64,000 bases of DNA, from assembly GCA_963730935.1 (NCBI GenBank), contig CAVSTP010000002.1, positions 1,016,442 to 1,080,441 on the forward strand, given 5' to 3'. The first letter of the stretch is position 1. Each line of letters opens with the position of its first letter. The notes under the pieces are model-generated. The model had not been told where the DNA came from. It saw only the letters and a program-made list of their open reading frames with translations, and made no database searches. A program made the position numbers and the translations under genes. This document shows, piece by piece, positions 1 through 9,170 of the stretch. This DNA is from an uncultured Nitrospiraceae bacterium (GTDB lineage Bacteria; Nitrospirota; Nitrospiria; Nitrospirales; Nitrospiraceae).

Positions 1-1
1 C

Positions 2-673
2 GAGCCTCGGATCCTCGCGCACTTGTCCCAGGATCCGCGGTTGCTGGCCGTATTCTCCAACAGCGAGGACATTCACATGGCGACGGCCATGGAAATTTTC
101 AGCCTGCCGGCCAGTCAGATCACGAAGGACATGCGTCGGGCGGCAAAGACCGTCGTCTTCGGCATCGTCTACGGGATCAGCCCCTTCGGCTTATCCCAGA
201 ACATCGGAGTCCCTCAGGCGGAGGCCAAGAAATACATCGAGACGTTCTTTGAACGGTTTCCGGCGGTGCGGACGCTCATGGACCGCAATATCGCCGAAGG
301 GAGAGCCAAGGGATATACCACGACGATCCTGGGCCGCCGCCGGCCCATTCCGGAATTGCAAAGCGGAGATCCGGTCCAGCGCAGTTTCGGCGAGCGCATG
401 GCCGTGAACAGTCCCATCCAGGGCTCGGCGGCGGATCTGATCAAGGTGGCCATGATCAATGTCCACAAAGGCCTGCAGCAGGAATTGCCAGACGTGAGGA
501 TGATACTTCAAGTACACGACGAATTGATTTTCGAAGTGCCTGAGGAAGAGTTGGAGGCAACCAAACGGCTCGTACAAGATGAAATGGAAGGAGTGGGTAA
601 GCAATTGGGGTTGTCAGTACCGCTTAAAGTTGACGTGGGTGTGGGCAAAAATTGGCGAGCGGCGCATCCTTGA
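2..673 (+). CDS. polA: DNA polymerase I, C-terminal part (5'-truncated by window)
   Basis: Frame open from base 2 (EPRILAHLS). Motif B RRAAKTVVFGIVYG, NSPIQGSAAD, motif C LQVHDEL. Confidence 0.97.
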   Translation, partial: EPRILAHLSQDPRLLAVFSNSEDIHMATAMEIFSLPASQITKDMRRAAKTVVFGIVYGISPFGLSQNIGVPQAEAKKYIETFFERFPAVRTLMDRNIAEGRAKGYTTTILGRRRPIPELQSGDPVQRSFGERMAVNSPIQGSAADLIKVAMINVHKGLQQELPDVRMILQVHDELIFEVPEEELEATKRLVQDEMEGVGKQLGLSVPLKVDVGVGKNWRAAHP

Positions 674-753
674 CGAGAGTGGGAGTATCGATCAGGTGGA
701 AACCGCCCGGTGCGGCTCGATGGCAGGGGCATAACGTCGACAGGAGGTGGAGT

Positions 754-1005
754 ATGAACCAGGGACGCGTCATGATGATTTCTGTGGGAATCAGCATGCT
801 GGTATCGACAGGCATCTTACTGCTGTTGAATCCGGTGACTCCCAAAGCGCAGGAGCCCAAGCGGTTCGAGTACAGGATCGTGGAAGTGCTGCCTGACACC
901 ATGAACATGCAGACGAAATTAAACGAATTCGGCATGAGCGGGTGGGAACTGGTGTCCGTCTCCATGGGCAACATGACGGAACCGAGGCTGATCTTTAAGA
1001 AATAA
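754..1005 (+). CDS. Small membrane-anchored/secreted DUF4177-like protein
   Basis: SD AGGAGG before ATG 754. Hydrophobic N-terminus; FEYRIV...[14 protein letters not shown]...LIFKK is the DUF4177 pattern. Confidence 0.75.
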   Translation: MNQGRVMMISVGISMLVSTGILLLLNPVTPKAQEPKRFEYRIVEVLPDTMNMQTKLNEFGMSGWELVSVSMGNMTEPRLIFKK

Positions 1006-1024
1006 CCCTTTCCTCCGGGCGACA

Positions 1025-1918
1025 ATGTCGGAACGAGGCATGAACGACAAGAGTCAACCCGTCGGAGACGTCTTTGGTTCGCCAGGGACGATTGGAGTCA
1101 CCAGACGAAGCTTTCTAGTCTCGACGCTGGCAACCGGATTTGCGCTGGCCGTACGGCCAACCTGGTCAGCGACGATCGTCACGGATTCCACAGGGCTCAC
1201 GGCGGGTGAGATCAGGATTCCCACCGACGAGGGCGAAATCCCGGGCTATCGAGCCATGCCGTCGGAAGGGCGGGCGTTTCCGGCAGTGCTGGTCGTGCAG
1301 GAAATTTTCGGCGTTCACGAACATATCAAGGATGTCTGCCGCCGATTGGCCAAGTCGGGCTATTTGGCAGTGGCTCCTGAACTGTATGCGCGGCAGGGTG
1401 ACGTTTCAAGCCTGAGCGAGATCGAACAGATCCGCACGATCGTGGCGAAAGTGCCGGATGCGCAGGTGATGACAGATCTGGATGCAGCCGTGGCATGGAT
1501 CAAGGCTTCGGGGAACGGAAACGTCAAGAAACTCGGGGTCACCGGATTCTGTTGGGGTGGACGGATTGTCTGGTTGTATGCTGCGCACAGTGCTCAGGTG
1601 AAGGCTGGCGTCGCGTGGTATGGACGACTCGTCGGTAAGCCGAACGAATTGCAACCCGCGCATCCGTTGGACATGGCAGCGACTCTGCAGGCTCCGGTTC
1701 TCGGTCTGTACGGCGGAAGCGACCAGGGGATTCCGCTGGAGACCGTGGAACAAATGAAGCAGGCCCTGAGGGCTTCCGACAGTCCTTCGACGATTATCGT
1801 CTACCCAGATACGCCGCACGCCTTCTATGCGGACTATCGGTCGAGCTATCGTAAGGAGGCGGCGGAAGACGGCTGGAGCCGTTTGCTTGCGTGGTTCAAG
1901 GAACATGGGGTTGCCTGA
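1025..1918 (+). CDS. Dienelactone hydrolase family protein with Tat-like signal
   Basis: TRRSFL twin-arginine motif; QEIFG, GFCWGG nucleophile, HAF catalytic His. Confidence 0.93.
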   Translation: MSERGMNDKSQPVGDVFGSPGTIGVTRRSFLVSTLATGFALAVRPTWSATIVTDSTGLTAGEIRIPTDEGEIPGYRAMPSEGRAFPAVLVVQEIFGVHEHIKDVCRRLAKSGYLAVAPELYARQGDVSSLSEIEQIRTIVAKVPDAQVMTDLDAAVAWIKASGNGNVKKLGVTGFCWGGRIVWLYAAHSAQVKAGVAWYGRLVGKPNELQPAHPLDMAATLQAPVLGLYGGSDQGIPLETVEQMKQALRASDSPSTIIVYPDTPHAFYADYRSSYRKEAAEDGWSRLLAWFKEHGVA

Positions 1919-2033
1919 TCCCGCTGCCTACTAGCCCGCCTCTCTGCCTACAACGCCGTTCAAACCTGTGCCGCTCGTTGGTCTCCGCCTGCAGTGTCTC
2001 CATCCTGGCCGCGCCTTGACGCGGAGTTATGAG

Positions 2034-2048
2034 TGGCACTGCTTTTGC
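2034..2048 (+). promoter_or_regulatory. Sigma-54 (-24/-12) promoter
   Basis: TGGCAC-TGCTT-TTGC matches TGGCAC-N5-TTGC exactly, 66 nt before ATG 2115. Confidence 0.75.
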
Positions 2049-2114
2049 GGAGACCATCCGAGTTTCCACTGATGAAGAGATTCAGATCTATCCACCTCAG
2101 AAAGGAATACCTCC

Positions 2115-2975
2115 ATGATCCATACCCTGGAACTCGATAAGCAGACCGCCTCCTTCGTTCGGCAGCTTGAAGAACAAAGGCGGATTGAAAAAAATCTGAT
2201 GGTGGAACGGGTGCGGGGCACTAAGGAGGGTGTGGAGTCAGTCTTCCATGACATCCGGGAACGAGTGGAGGCGCTCGAGCGCATGACCAGCTCGGTCAGC
2301 ACGAGCTATATCGCACCGATCGGCTGGAGTCAGTTGATCTTCGCAAGTACGGACGGCAACTCGAACACGATCATGGCCGGAGACCGCGACGATACCCTCT
2401 GCAAACATGACCGGGTTCGCTATCTCGAGGATGCGGGCTACCTGCGCTTAAGCGCCAATCCCCATTATGTCGAACGCGTGCTCCCTAACAAGTCGGCTCA
2501 TGCCAGGGCGGCGGCGAATCCTTCAACATGGGACAATCTGGGTTACGTCCATGTCGGCTATTCGACCAGCCTCGCCCTTCCTGTCTCACTGGAACCGACG
2601 ACGGTGTCGATCCTGTCGCGCCTGAATACGCTCTTCAATTGGGTGGAGGTCAACGCCGTCGCAGAGGATTGGCATGCGCATGTCGCCGCGATCGCCCGCC
2701 TCTGGGTGGCCTATGACGGTGAGTTTCGACAGACGCCGCCGGCGCAGTTTGTGAATCTTCTGGCGACGCCGAAGGAGGTGAAGACTCATCAACACATGGA
2801 ATCGTTGGCCCCTAGCGCTGCCTTGGCCATGCAGCTCGAAGTGTCACCGGGTAGCGGGACGACCCTCACCATGTACGAATCCATTGAACTGGTCGCGACG
2901 ACGCCGAACGGCCATGCCTACATCGACGGAGTGTTTGCCTGGGAGCCTCTGGCAGTGCAAGTGCGGGAGGGATGA
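2115..2975 (+). CDS. Hypothetical protein (N-terminal coiled coil, beta-rich C-terminus)
   Basis: 286-aa ORF with SD AAGGA and an upstream sigma-54 site; no family recognised. Confidence 0.75.
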   Translation: MIHTLELDKQTASFVRQLEEQRRIEKNLMVERVRGTKEGVESVFHDIRERVEALERMTSSVSTSYIAPIGWSQLIFASTDGNSNTIMAGDRDDTLCKHDRVRYLEDAGYLRLSANPHYVERVLPNKSAHARAAANPSTWDNLGYVHVGYSTSLALPVSLEPTTVSILSRLNTLFNWVEVNAVAEDWHAHVAAIARLWVAYDGEFRQTPPAQFVNLLATPKEVKTHQHMESLAPSAALAMQLEVSPGSGTTLTMYESIELVATTPNGHAYIDGVFAWEPLAVQVREG

Positions 2976-2997
2976 GACGGCAGGCACTCCAGGGATT

Positions 2998-4266
2998 TTA
3001 GGAAAAGTAGAACGTTTCGACAATCTGGGTCGTATTGAACAGCATCGCCTGTCTTCTTGTGTAGGCGGCGTGGCCATAGTAGTGGTCACGCGGGTTGGTT
3101 GAGCCGGTGGAATCCTTGTAATCGACCAGCAGACAGCGTCCTTCGCTTGGAAAGCGCACCGCTCGTCTTGCGCATTCCAACCAGCGCTCGAACCCCTCGA
3201 ACGGTTCGACCATCTCCCAGATCGCCTTGTTCGCGGCCTGAGCCCCTTCAGTGAGCGGGACGGCGTCACTGCCGGCTACAGCGAGTTCCTGCACATAGTC
3301 GCCGCCCCAGGCGATCGGCATTTCCATCGTGATCTGTGGCAACTCCATCTTTGCAAGCCACGCCTTGCTGTCCGTCCGAAGATTCCGGTGGTTCACCACA
3401 TGAAGCACCTTTCCAATGCCGGAGGGATCCCACCCATAACGCACCGGTTGTCCGAGCGTGACGATGTCCAATGCCACATCGTTCAACACGTTTCCAGCGG
3501 CCAAGAGCGAATCCAGCCGCTGGACGGTTGCGGCAAGTTCCGCTTGACCGCTCTGCTCCGCATAGGAGGTCAAAATGGCGAAGAGCTTCGCTCTGCCTGT
3601 GATCGGGCTTGGGCACAGCAGATTGGACACGAGAGCCAGTACAAGCCCAGCGTGTCCATGCGCTTGCACCAGGATGCGATCGCCGGATGTGAGGCGCTGA
3701 GCATCACAATGTGTCCTCAGGTCGTTCAAGAGTCGCACGGCCGCGACTGCACGTCCGAGGTGATGGTGTTCAGAAGACCACAGCCTTCGCAGGCAGGTGA
3801 TCGGCTTTGTTGATGATTTGTTCAACGTCCTTTGAGTCAGGCCGACTGCGGCCTGTGTGAAATTTCCAGCGTCACCGATCTGTTCGTCGAGCAGTTTCTT
3901 CGTCGACTCGTCGTCGTTCAGCGGAGGGACCACTCCGCTGGGAAGAAGGGGAATGCCGTTGCTCTCTTGCCGCATGGCGGCCAGCAACGCGTCGAGCCCA
4001 GATACTCCGCGGGAATAGCCACGCTTGAGTCCGCCGGCTTCGTCCAGCCGCTGGGCACCGAAGACATCGGTCCCGTGAAGTGCGCCGTGAAGGAAGAGGA
4101 TCGTCCGAACGCCGGCGTGCGAAAGGGTGCGACCATGACTTGCCATGGCCTCAATCCACTCGGGTGAATCGGGCAGCCCGCCGACGGTCAACTCGGTGAA
4201 GGCCAGTCGCTCGCCTGGGCTTTTCCGCGAGAGTTCGTCATGCTGGAAATTGTTTTCGACGGGCAT
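2998..4266 (-). CDS. Hypothetical alpha/beta-hydrolase-like protein, nucleophile Ser apparently absent
   Basis: ILFLHG, VQAHGHAG at the expected GxSxG elbow, DIVTLGQP, C-terminal GHAAY. Confidence 0.7.
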   Translation of the reverse strand: MPVENNFQHDELSRKSPGERLAFTELTVGGLPDSPEWIEAMASHGRTLSHAGVRTILFLHGALHGTDVFGAQRLDEAGGLKRGYSRGVSGLDALLAAMRQESNGIPLLPSGVVPPLNDDESTKKLLDEQIGDAGNFTQAAVGLTQRTLNKSSTKPITCLRRLWSSEHHHLGRAVAAVRLLNDLRTHCDAQRLTSGDRILVQAHGHAGLVLALVSNLLCPSPITGRAKLFAILTSYAEQSGQAELAATVQRLDSLLAAGNVLNDVALDIVTLGQPVRYGWDPSGIGKVLHVVNHRNLRTDSKAWLAKMELPQITMEMPIAWGGDYVQELAVAGSDAVPLTEGAQAANKAIWEMVEPFEGFERWLECARRAVRFPSEGRCLLVDYKDSTGSTNPRDHYYGHAAYTRRQAMLFNTTQIVETFYFS

Positions 4267-4313
4267 GGCAGATGGTCATAACCGATCTTGAGGGGGCACT
4301 GCAACGGAAGGAC

Positions 4314-4880
4314 CTAGCGCATGACCGGCGCCAAAGGCTGAGGATCGTTCGGAGGAGGAGACGGTTGAAGCTTGTTTTTCGGCATCACCGCCGTGGCCGT
4401 GCAGATTTTCTTCTCTTCATCGGTGCGATGATCGATAATTTTCACGCCTTGTAGATATTCCTGGACGATTTCCTCACGGGTCAGCTCGATGTCCTGATCC
4501 GCGTCTTTCCCCGAGCGCTCCCGAATTCGATCCACCATGTGCTCTTTGACGAAAATGCGGATCTGTTTGGCGAGATCTGTGCGGGCCGACAATTCGGACA
4601 CACGTTGGCAGACGATCGGGCCTTTCGTCAGATCCCCTTGACCGATGCCGATCACATACTGGTCGGGAGAATAGCCACGGTAGCTTTGGCCGTCGCGCGG
4701 AGAGCCTGGGCTTGACATCGTCAGCCCGCCATGATCATCCCGTTGTGTGAATTGCTCGAACGATTGCTCTGCATGATTTCGAACGGCGTCCGGATCGGAG
4801 GCCAGGTTCACCTCGGCACACCATGTCGGAGTAACACCAACCGTCAGGACCATGATTATCCGCTGCAAACGGCTTCCCAC
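4314..4880 (-). CDS. Secreted LPP20-like protein
   Basis: Signal-like N-terminus; YVIGIGQG...SELSARTDLAKQI resembles LPP20. Confidence 0.65.
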   Translation of the reverse strand: MGSRLQRIIMVLTVGVTPTWCAEVNLASDPDAVRNHAEQSFEQFTQRDDHGGLTMSSPGSPRDGQSYRGYSPDQYVIGIGQGDLTKGPIVCQRVSELSARTDLAKQIRIFVKEHMVDRIRERSGKDADQDIELTREEIVQEYLQGVKIIDHRTDEEKKICTATAVMPKNKLQPSPPPNDPQPLAPVMR

Positions 4881-4883
4881 CTG

Positions 4884-6155
4884 TTATCGTCCTCTCCCGC
4901 CCCCGCGACCGCCGCCTCCACGTCCACCATAGCCGCCCCGTCCGGCGCCGGACCGTCCTCCAAAGCCGCGAGGCGCCAGATGATGAGATCCACGGGGAAC
5001 GACAAGGGACGGAAGCTGCTGATGCATGGTCGGCGGCAGGCGGCCTATGACCGGCGCCTGACCGGGTGGCGTGGTGCTGGCGGGGGGCTGTAGAAATTGC
5101 TGCAGTGACCGGACGGAGCGCGAGCCGGGGGACGTCGCGTGCGGTCCTGCAGGCGGGGTATTGGCAACTGGTGGAAGCAGGAACTGCTGGAGTGACCGGA
5201 CTGAACGAGCGCTCGAGGCCGGGACGGTGGCATGCGTGCCCGTGGGCTGATTGCCGAGGTGTACCGGCATGGTCGAGGTCGTGTGCGAGATTTCATTGAG
5301 CGTTAACGGCACCGGCCGCATGCCGGGCTGACGGAGTGCCGGGTGTGTCACCGGCTGCGAAGTCTGCGGTTGAGCGGGCGGCCGCGTGATGATGACTTGT
5401 TGTGCCACGTCCACATGAGGATTTGCGGGATACAGGCCTCGAGCGACACTTAGAAATCCATAAGTAGGTGGCAACCCGCCCCAGGAGGCGGGATAGCCGG
5501 ATGGCCCGACCATGACCCAGTCGGTCCACGCTTGTGAGACCATGGCATTCGATTGAACGTGATTGAGAAGTTCCTGGCGCTGAAGGCTGGCCTGTTGCGC
5601 CTCCTCGGCCGTAACAGCGGTTGCCAGCAATTGATTCGCCGCTTCGAGTTGTGTCTGAAGATCGTCAATCTCGTTTTTCAGCGTGGCAAGTTGGTGCCGG
5701 GCGCTCTCGTTTTCACGAAGGGCCAGGATCGCCTGAGCAACCTCGTCGGTGTCGATTTGCGACATGAGATCAATGGTCACGACCACGCGGTCTCCGTCTA
5801 GCCAGAGGTTGGTTTGTTGATCGAGCACAAGAATCAAGCCGGCGGTGTAGGTTCTGATTTCATCTTTCGTGATGTCCGTCCCTTCTACGACGGTGACGCT
5901 TTCCAGATACGTCGCCACCTGTTCCAACGCATTGCGTTTCGCGGCCTCTGTCGCCAGGCGCATGGCGTCCTCCCGCGTGTCGCGGTCACCCATTCGGAAT
6001 TCCCCTTGGGACAACACCACGCGCACCTCCGCTGAAACGGGATAGACTGGATACCATGGTAGTGAGAGGAACAGGCCGATTGTGAGCGAGCGCAACGCTC
6101 GGGCAGGGTTCGACGGCCCCAATACGGCAGTTGAGCTGCACGGCCGGTCGGGCAT
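4884..6155 (-). CDS. Secreted protein: LPP20/FlgT-N-like domain, coiled coil, Pro-rich repeats and RGG tail
   Basis: Signal-like segment; AMRLATEAAKRNALEQVATYLES; heptad region; duplicated RSVRSLQQFL; GGRGGGGRGGGRGR end. Start could be 6164. Confidence 0.7.
   Translation of the reverse strand: MPDRPCSSTAVLGPSNPARALRSLTIGLFLSLPWYPVYPVSAEVRVVLSQGEFRMGDRDTREDAMRLATEAAKRNALEQVATYLESVTVVEGTDITKDEIRTYTAGLILVLDQQTNLWLDGDRVVVTIDLMSQIDTDEVAQAILALRENESARHQLATLKNEIDDLQTQLEAANQLLATAVTAEEAQQASLQRQELLNHVQSNAMVSQAWTDWVMVGPSGYPASWGGLPPTYGFLSVARGLYPANPHVDVAQQVIITRPPAQPQTSQPVTHPALRQPGMRPVPLTLNEISHTTSTMPVHLGNQPTGTHATVPASSARSVRSLQQFLLPPVANTPPAGPHATSPGSRSVRSLQQFLQPPASTTPPGQAPVIGRLPPTMHQQLPSLVVPRGSHHLAPRGFGGRSGAGRGGYGGRGGGGRGGGRGR
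5061..5240 (-). repeat. Intragenic tandem duplication (~90 bp, 2 copies)
   Basis: GTHATVPASSARSVRSLQQFLLPPVANTPPA followed by GPHATSPGSRSVRSLQQFLQPPASTTPPG. Confidence 0.8.
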
Positions 6156-6256
6156 GATCGTCACCTTCCAGGAAGATTCAGCCGATCACATGCCGGTGCT
6201 CAGCATAACACCCGCAACGCCGTTTCGCTAGCGGCCTGAGGAGCTGTCGGAGCGGC

Positions 6257-6286
6257 TTGCCTTAAAGAAAATTCGCATGCTAAGGT
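6257..6286 (+). promoter_or_regulatory. Sigma-70-type promoter with extended -10
   Basis: TTGCCT-N18-TAAGGT, with TG one base before the -10. Confidence 0.45.
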
Positions 6287-6326
6287 ACCCGTTCCCTTTT
6301 CAGCTCCACGTGTGGAGAAGCAATAC

Positions 6327-7343
6327 ATGACGGCATCATTTCAACGCGTGTGTGCGATCACGATCGGCCTCTTTTTGGTGTTCGCTGTCGGATCCTCCGC
6401 GGCCACCATCCGCCCTTCCACCCCGGCAGCGGACAACGGAACTCCTGCCAGTCCGCCGACCGAGCACGTGATCCTTTTCGTGTTGGAGGGGTTCAGTCAG
6501 GAATCTCTCAAGGGTGGCACCATGCCGACCTTGAGCAAGCTGATCAAGGACGGTTCCGTCACTTGGTCGGCCACAGGCGTCAACCCGCCGCTTCGATTGC
6601 CGACGATGGCCTCGATCATTACCGGCGTGCCTGTTGAAAAACACGGGATTAATTGGAACAGCTTTGAGTTCAGCCGTGGGTACCCCCGATCCCCCAGCGT
6701 GTTCGATTATCTGGATCTGAGCGGAGGACGGGACAGCGCGATCTTTTTCATGGATGAGTCCCTCTATCAGCTCGCGAGACCGGAGCCGTACACGGATTAT
6801 CAGATGTGCGGGCCGCTGAAGCCGGAATGCAGCTCCGACCGGGTCGTCTCCTACATCCAACAATATTTCAAGAAGGCAACGAGCGGGCATGGGTATGGCC
6901 ATGCCATTCTCTCATTGCCGCATTTTCTGGTTGTGCACCTTCCAGAAGCCGGCCGGGTTGGCGTAGCGCGGGGCTGGGGCTCCAAGGAGCATCGGGAGGC
7001 GCTGCGCACGGTCGACAGAGCGATAAATTCGGTGTTGGACATCTACAAGACCCAAGACCTCATGAAGCGGACCACTGTGTTTGTCACGTCGCTAAGCGCG
7101 GAAGGGGTCGATGCCGGTCAGGAACGGGCGATGAATGGCACACCTGTCGTTCCCTGGATTGCGTCGGGCGTCGGCATCAAGCACGGCCATGCGATTCATC
7201 AGCCGGTCTCGATCATTGATACGGGCGCGACGGTGCTGCGCACATTAGGCTTGCAGACGCACACGGAATGGGAGAGCCGGCCGGTTGAGGAAATTTTCCA
7301 GTACGCCTTTGTGGCGGCCGCCCCCAACTCGAACGTCCCCTGA
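6327..7343 (+). CDS. Exported alkaline-phosphatase/NPP-superfamily protein with degenerate active site
   Basis: Signal peptide; HVILFVLEG, LPTMASIITGVPVEKHGI, VSIIDTGATVLRTLG follow the NPP fold pattern. Confidence 0.8.
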   Translation: MTASFQRVCAITIGLFLVFAVGSSAATIRPSTPAADNGTPASPPTEHVILFVLEGFSQESLKGGTMPTLSKLIKDGSVTWSATGVNPPLRLPTMASIITGVPVEKHGINWNSFEFSRGYPRSPSVFDYLDLSGGRDSAIFFMDESLYQLARPEPYTDYQMCGPLKPECSSDRVVSYIQQYFKKATSGHGYGHAILSLPHFLVVHLPEAGRVGVARGWGSKEHREALRTVDRAINSVLDIYKTQDLMKRTTVFVTSLSAEGVDAGQERAMNGTPVVPWIASGVGIKHGHAIHQPVSIIDTGATVLRTLGLQTHTEWESRPVEEIFQYAFVAAAPNSNVP

Positions 7344-7351
7344 GACAGGCG

Positions 7352-7798
7352 ATGAACCACGTCAATGAACTCGAAGCATGGCGCTGGGCAATGGGCTTGT
7401 TGCCCCTCCTATTTGCCGGAGCCGTCGGGCTCGAGGTGGTGGACGCCGCGCCTCCTCCGAGCTATACAAAAGAGCACGCCATCATGATTGATCCGACCGT
7501 GCTGGATCCTCCCTCATGGTGGTACGTTCCCGGGGTCACTCCCTCCATCTACAACTCGGATCCGGACTCGCTCGATGCCTTTAAGACAACCGATAAGCGG
7601 ATGCTCGCCTTGAAGCCGGGAAAGTATAAATTCATCAGTTTTACCTTCGATTTCCCGTTCTCGGTGAATCTCGACGGCAAATTGGAGTTTGCCCCTTCGC
7701 TTGACCAATGTGTGGAAGGGCGCGGGACGCAGACGCTGATCGTCCGATGCAAGCGGACCTATCCTTACGGCGGACAACCGGATTACACGTATCAATAA
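7352..7798 (+). CDS. Exported hypothetical protein
   Basis: Hydrophobic N-terminus; 8-nt gap from upstream gene; two Cys in CVEGRGTQTLIVRC. Confidence 0.75.
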   Translation: MNHVNELEAWRWAMGLLPLLFAGAVGLEVVDAAPPPSYTKEHAIMIDPTVLDPPSWWYVPGVTPSIYNSDPDSLDAFKTTDKRMLALKPGKYKFISFTFDFPFSVNLDGKLEFAPSLDQCVEGRGTQTLIVRCKRTYPYGGQPDYTYQ

Positions 7799-7811
7799 CG
7801 AGGACAGTACG

Positions 7812-9170
7812 ATGACGCAGGCCTTAGATGATCTGTTGGAAGCGCTCGAGGATGTTGACGATGCCACGCGCGAGGAAGCGGCAAAGGCGCTCGCCGCCAT
7901 CGCGGACCCCCGGAGTCTCGATGCCTTGATCAGCGCCTGCGCAGATGAATACTGGTCCGTCCGCGCACATGCGGGATGCGCGCTTGCCAAACTTGGCGGC
8001 TCCCAGGCGGCGGAGGCCCTGATCGGACTATTCAATGACCCGATCATGGAGGTGCGGAACCAGGCGGTTGAGGCGGCCGCAAGCCTTGGAACTGCCGGCT
8101 TGGATCGAATGATCGCGGCGCTGAAGGATGAGCGGTGGCGCGTGCGCGAACACGCCGCCAAGACCTGCGGCGAAATCCGAGACCGGAAAGCCGTGGAGGC
8201 CTTGATTGTGGCCTGTCGCGATCGGGACGGAGCGGTCAAAAGCGCTGCGGCCGAAGCGCTCGGCAAGATCGGTGATCCCAAGGCCGTGCCGGTCATGATT
8301 AAACTGTTCCGCGATACCTCGAAAATCGTACGCGAAACGGCCGGTACGGCGCTCGTATATATCGGTGAGCCTTCGGTCGATCCCTTGATCGAATGTTTCA
8401 AAGACAAGGATTTCGTCGTACGCTGTCACGCTGCGCGGGCACTCGGCGGCATGACGACCGACTACCAGATCGGCCGAACCTGGGTGCGCGACGCCAAGGT
8501 CGTCGATGTGCTCATCGCCGCCCTCAAAGATCCGGATCGTGCGGTTCGGGAAGACGCCACGATTGCCCTGGGCATGATCGGCGATCCGCGGGCCATCGAT
8601 GCGTTGATCGAGGCGATGAAGGACGGGGCGGTGAAGCGCCATGCCATCGCATCGCTCGGCATGATCGGGGACCCCCGGGCCTTAGGCCCCGTCCTGAACG
8701 CGCTCAAGGGAAAGGGTATTAAGCAGGAAGGCACTCCGACGCCCGGCTGCATAGTGAGCGAAGATGCGTTTATTAAAGAAGCCGCCGCTACCGCCCTTGG
8801 TCAGTTCCGCGATCCGCGAGTGATTCCCGATCTGATCATGTTGCTAAAAGACGGCGTGCTGCGTGAGAAGGCGAGCGCGGCGCTGGCGGCGATCGGCGAT
8901 ACCGCGATCGAGCCGCTCATCGCGTTTCTGTACGATCCCAAGGCTTCGGAGGTGTCCGCGGAAGGGGAGCGGGTGCTGTCCTATGCATCGGTCCGTCTCA
9001 GCGCAAAGGACGCCTTGCGGCAACTCGTGCTGGAGACACTCGAGAAGCTCGGTTGGACGTTGCCACAGGAAGACCTTGCAGTTAATTCAAGTTCTGTCGA
9101 CAACGCGCGCGTTGATAAGCCCTTGGGTGAGGCCGGACGCTTCGGCCCCTCAGGCGATCTCGCGAAATAG
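7812..9170 (+). CDS. HEAT-repeat (PBS lyase-like) protein 1
   Basis: Many ~31-aa repeats D-x-D-x-x-VR-x-x-AA-x-ALG-x-IGDPRA; SD GAGGA. Confidence 0.93.
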   Translation: MTQALDDLLEALEDVDDATREEAAKALAAIADPRSLDALISACADEYWSVRAHAGCALAKLGGSQAAEALIGLFNDPIMEVRNQAVEAAASLGTAGLDRMIAALKDERWRVREHAAKTCGEIRDRKAVEALIVACRDRDGAVKSAAAEALGKIGDPKAVPVMIKLFRDTSKIVRETAGTALVYIGEPSVDPLIECFKDKDFVVRCHAARALGGMTTDYQIGRTWVRDAKVVDVLIAALKDPDRAVREDATIALGMIGDPRAIDALIEAMKDGAVKRHAIASLGMIGDPRALGPVLNALKGKGIKQEGTPTPGCIVSEDAFIKEAAATALGQFRDPRVIPDLIMLLKDGVLREKASAALAAIGDTAIEPLIAFLYDPKASEVSAEGERVLSYASVRLSAKDALRQLVLETLEKLGWTLPQEDLAVNSSSVDNARVDKPLGEAGRFGPSGDLAK

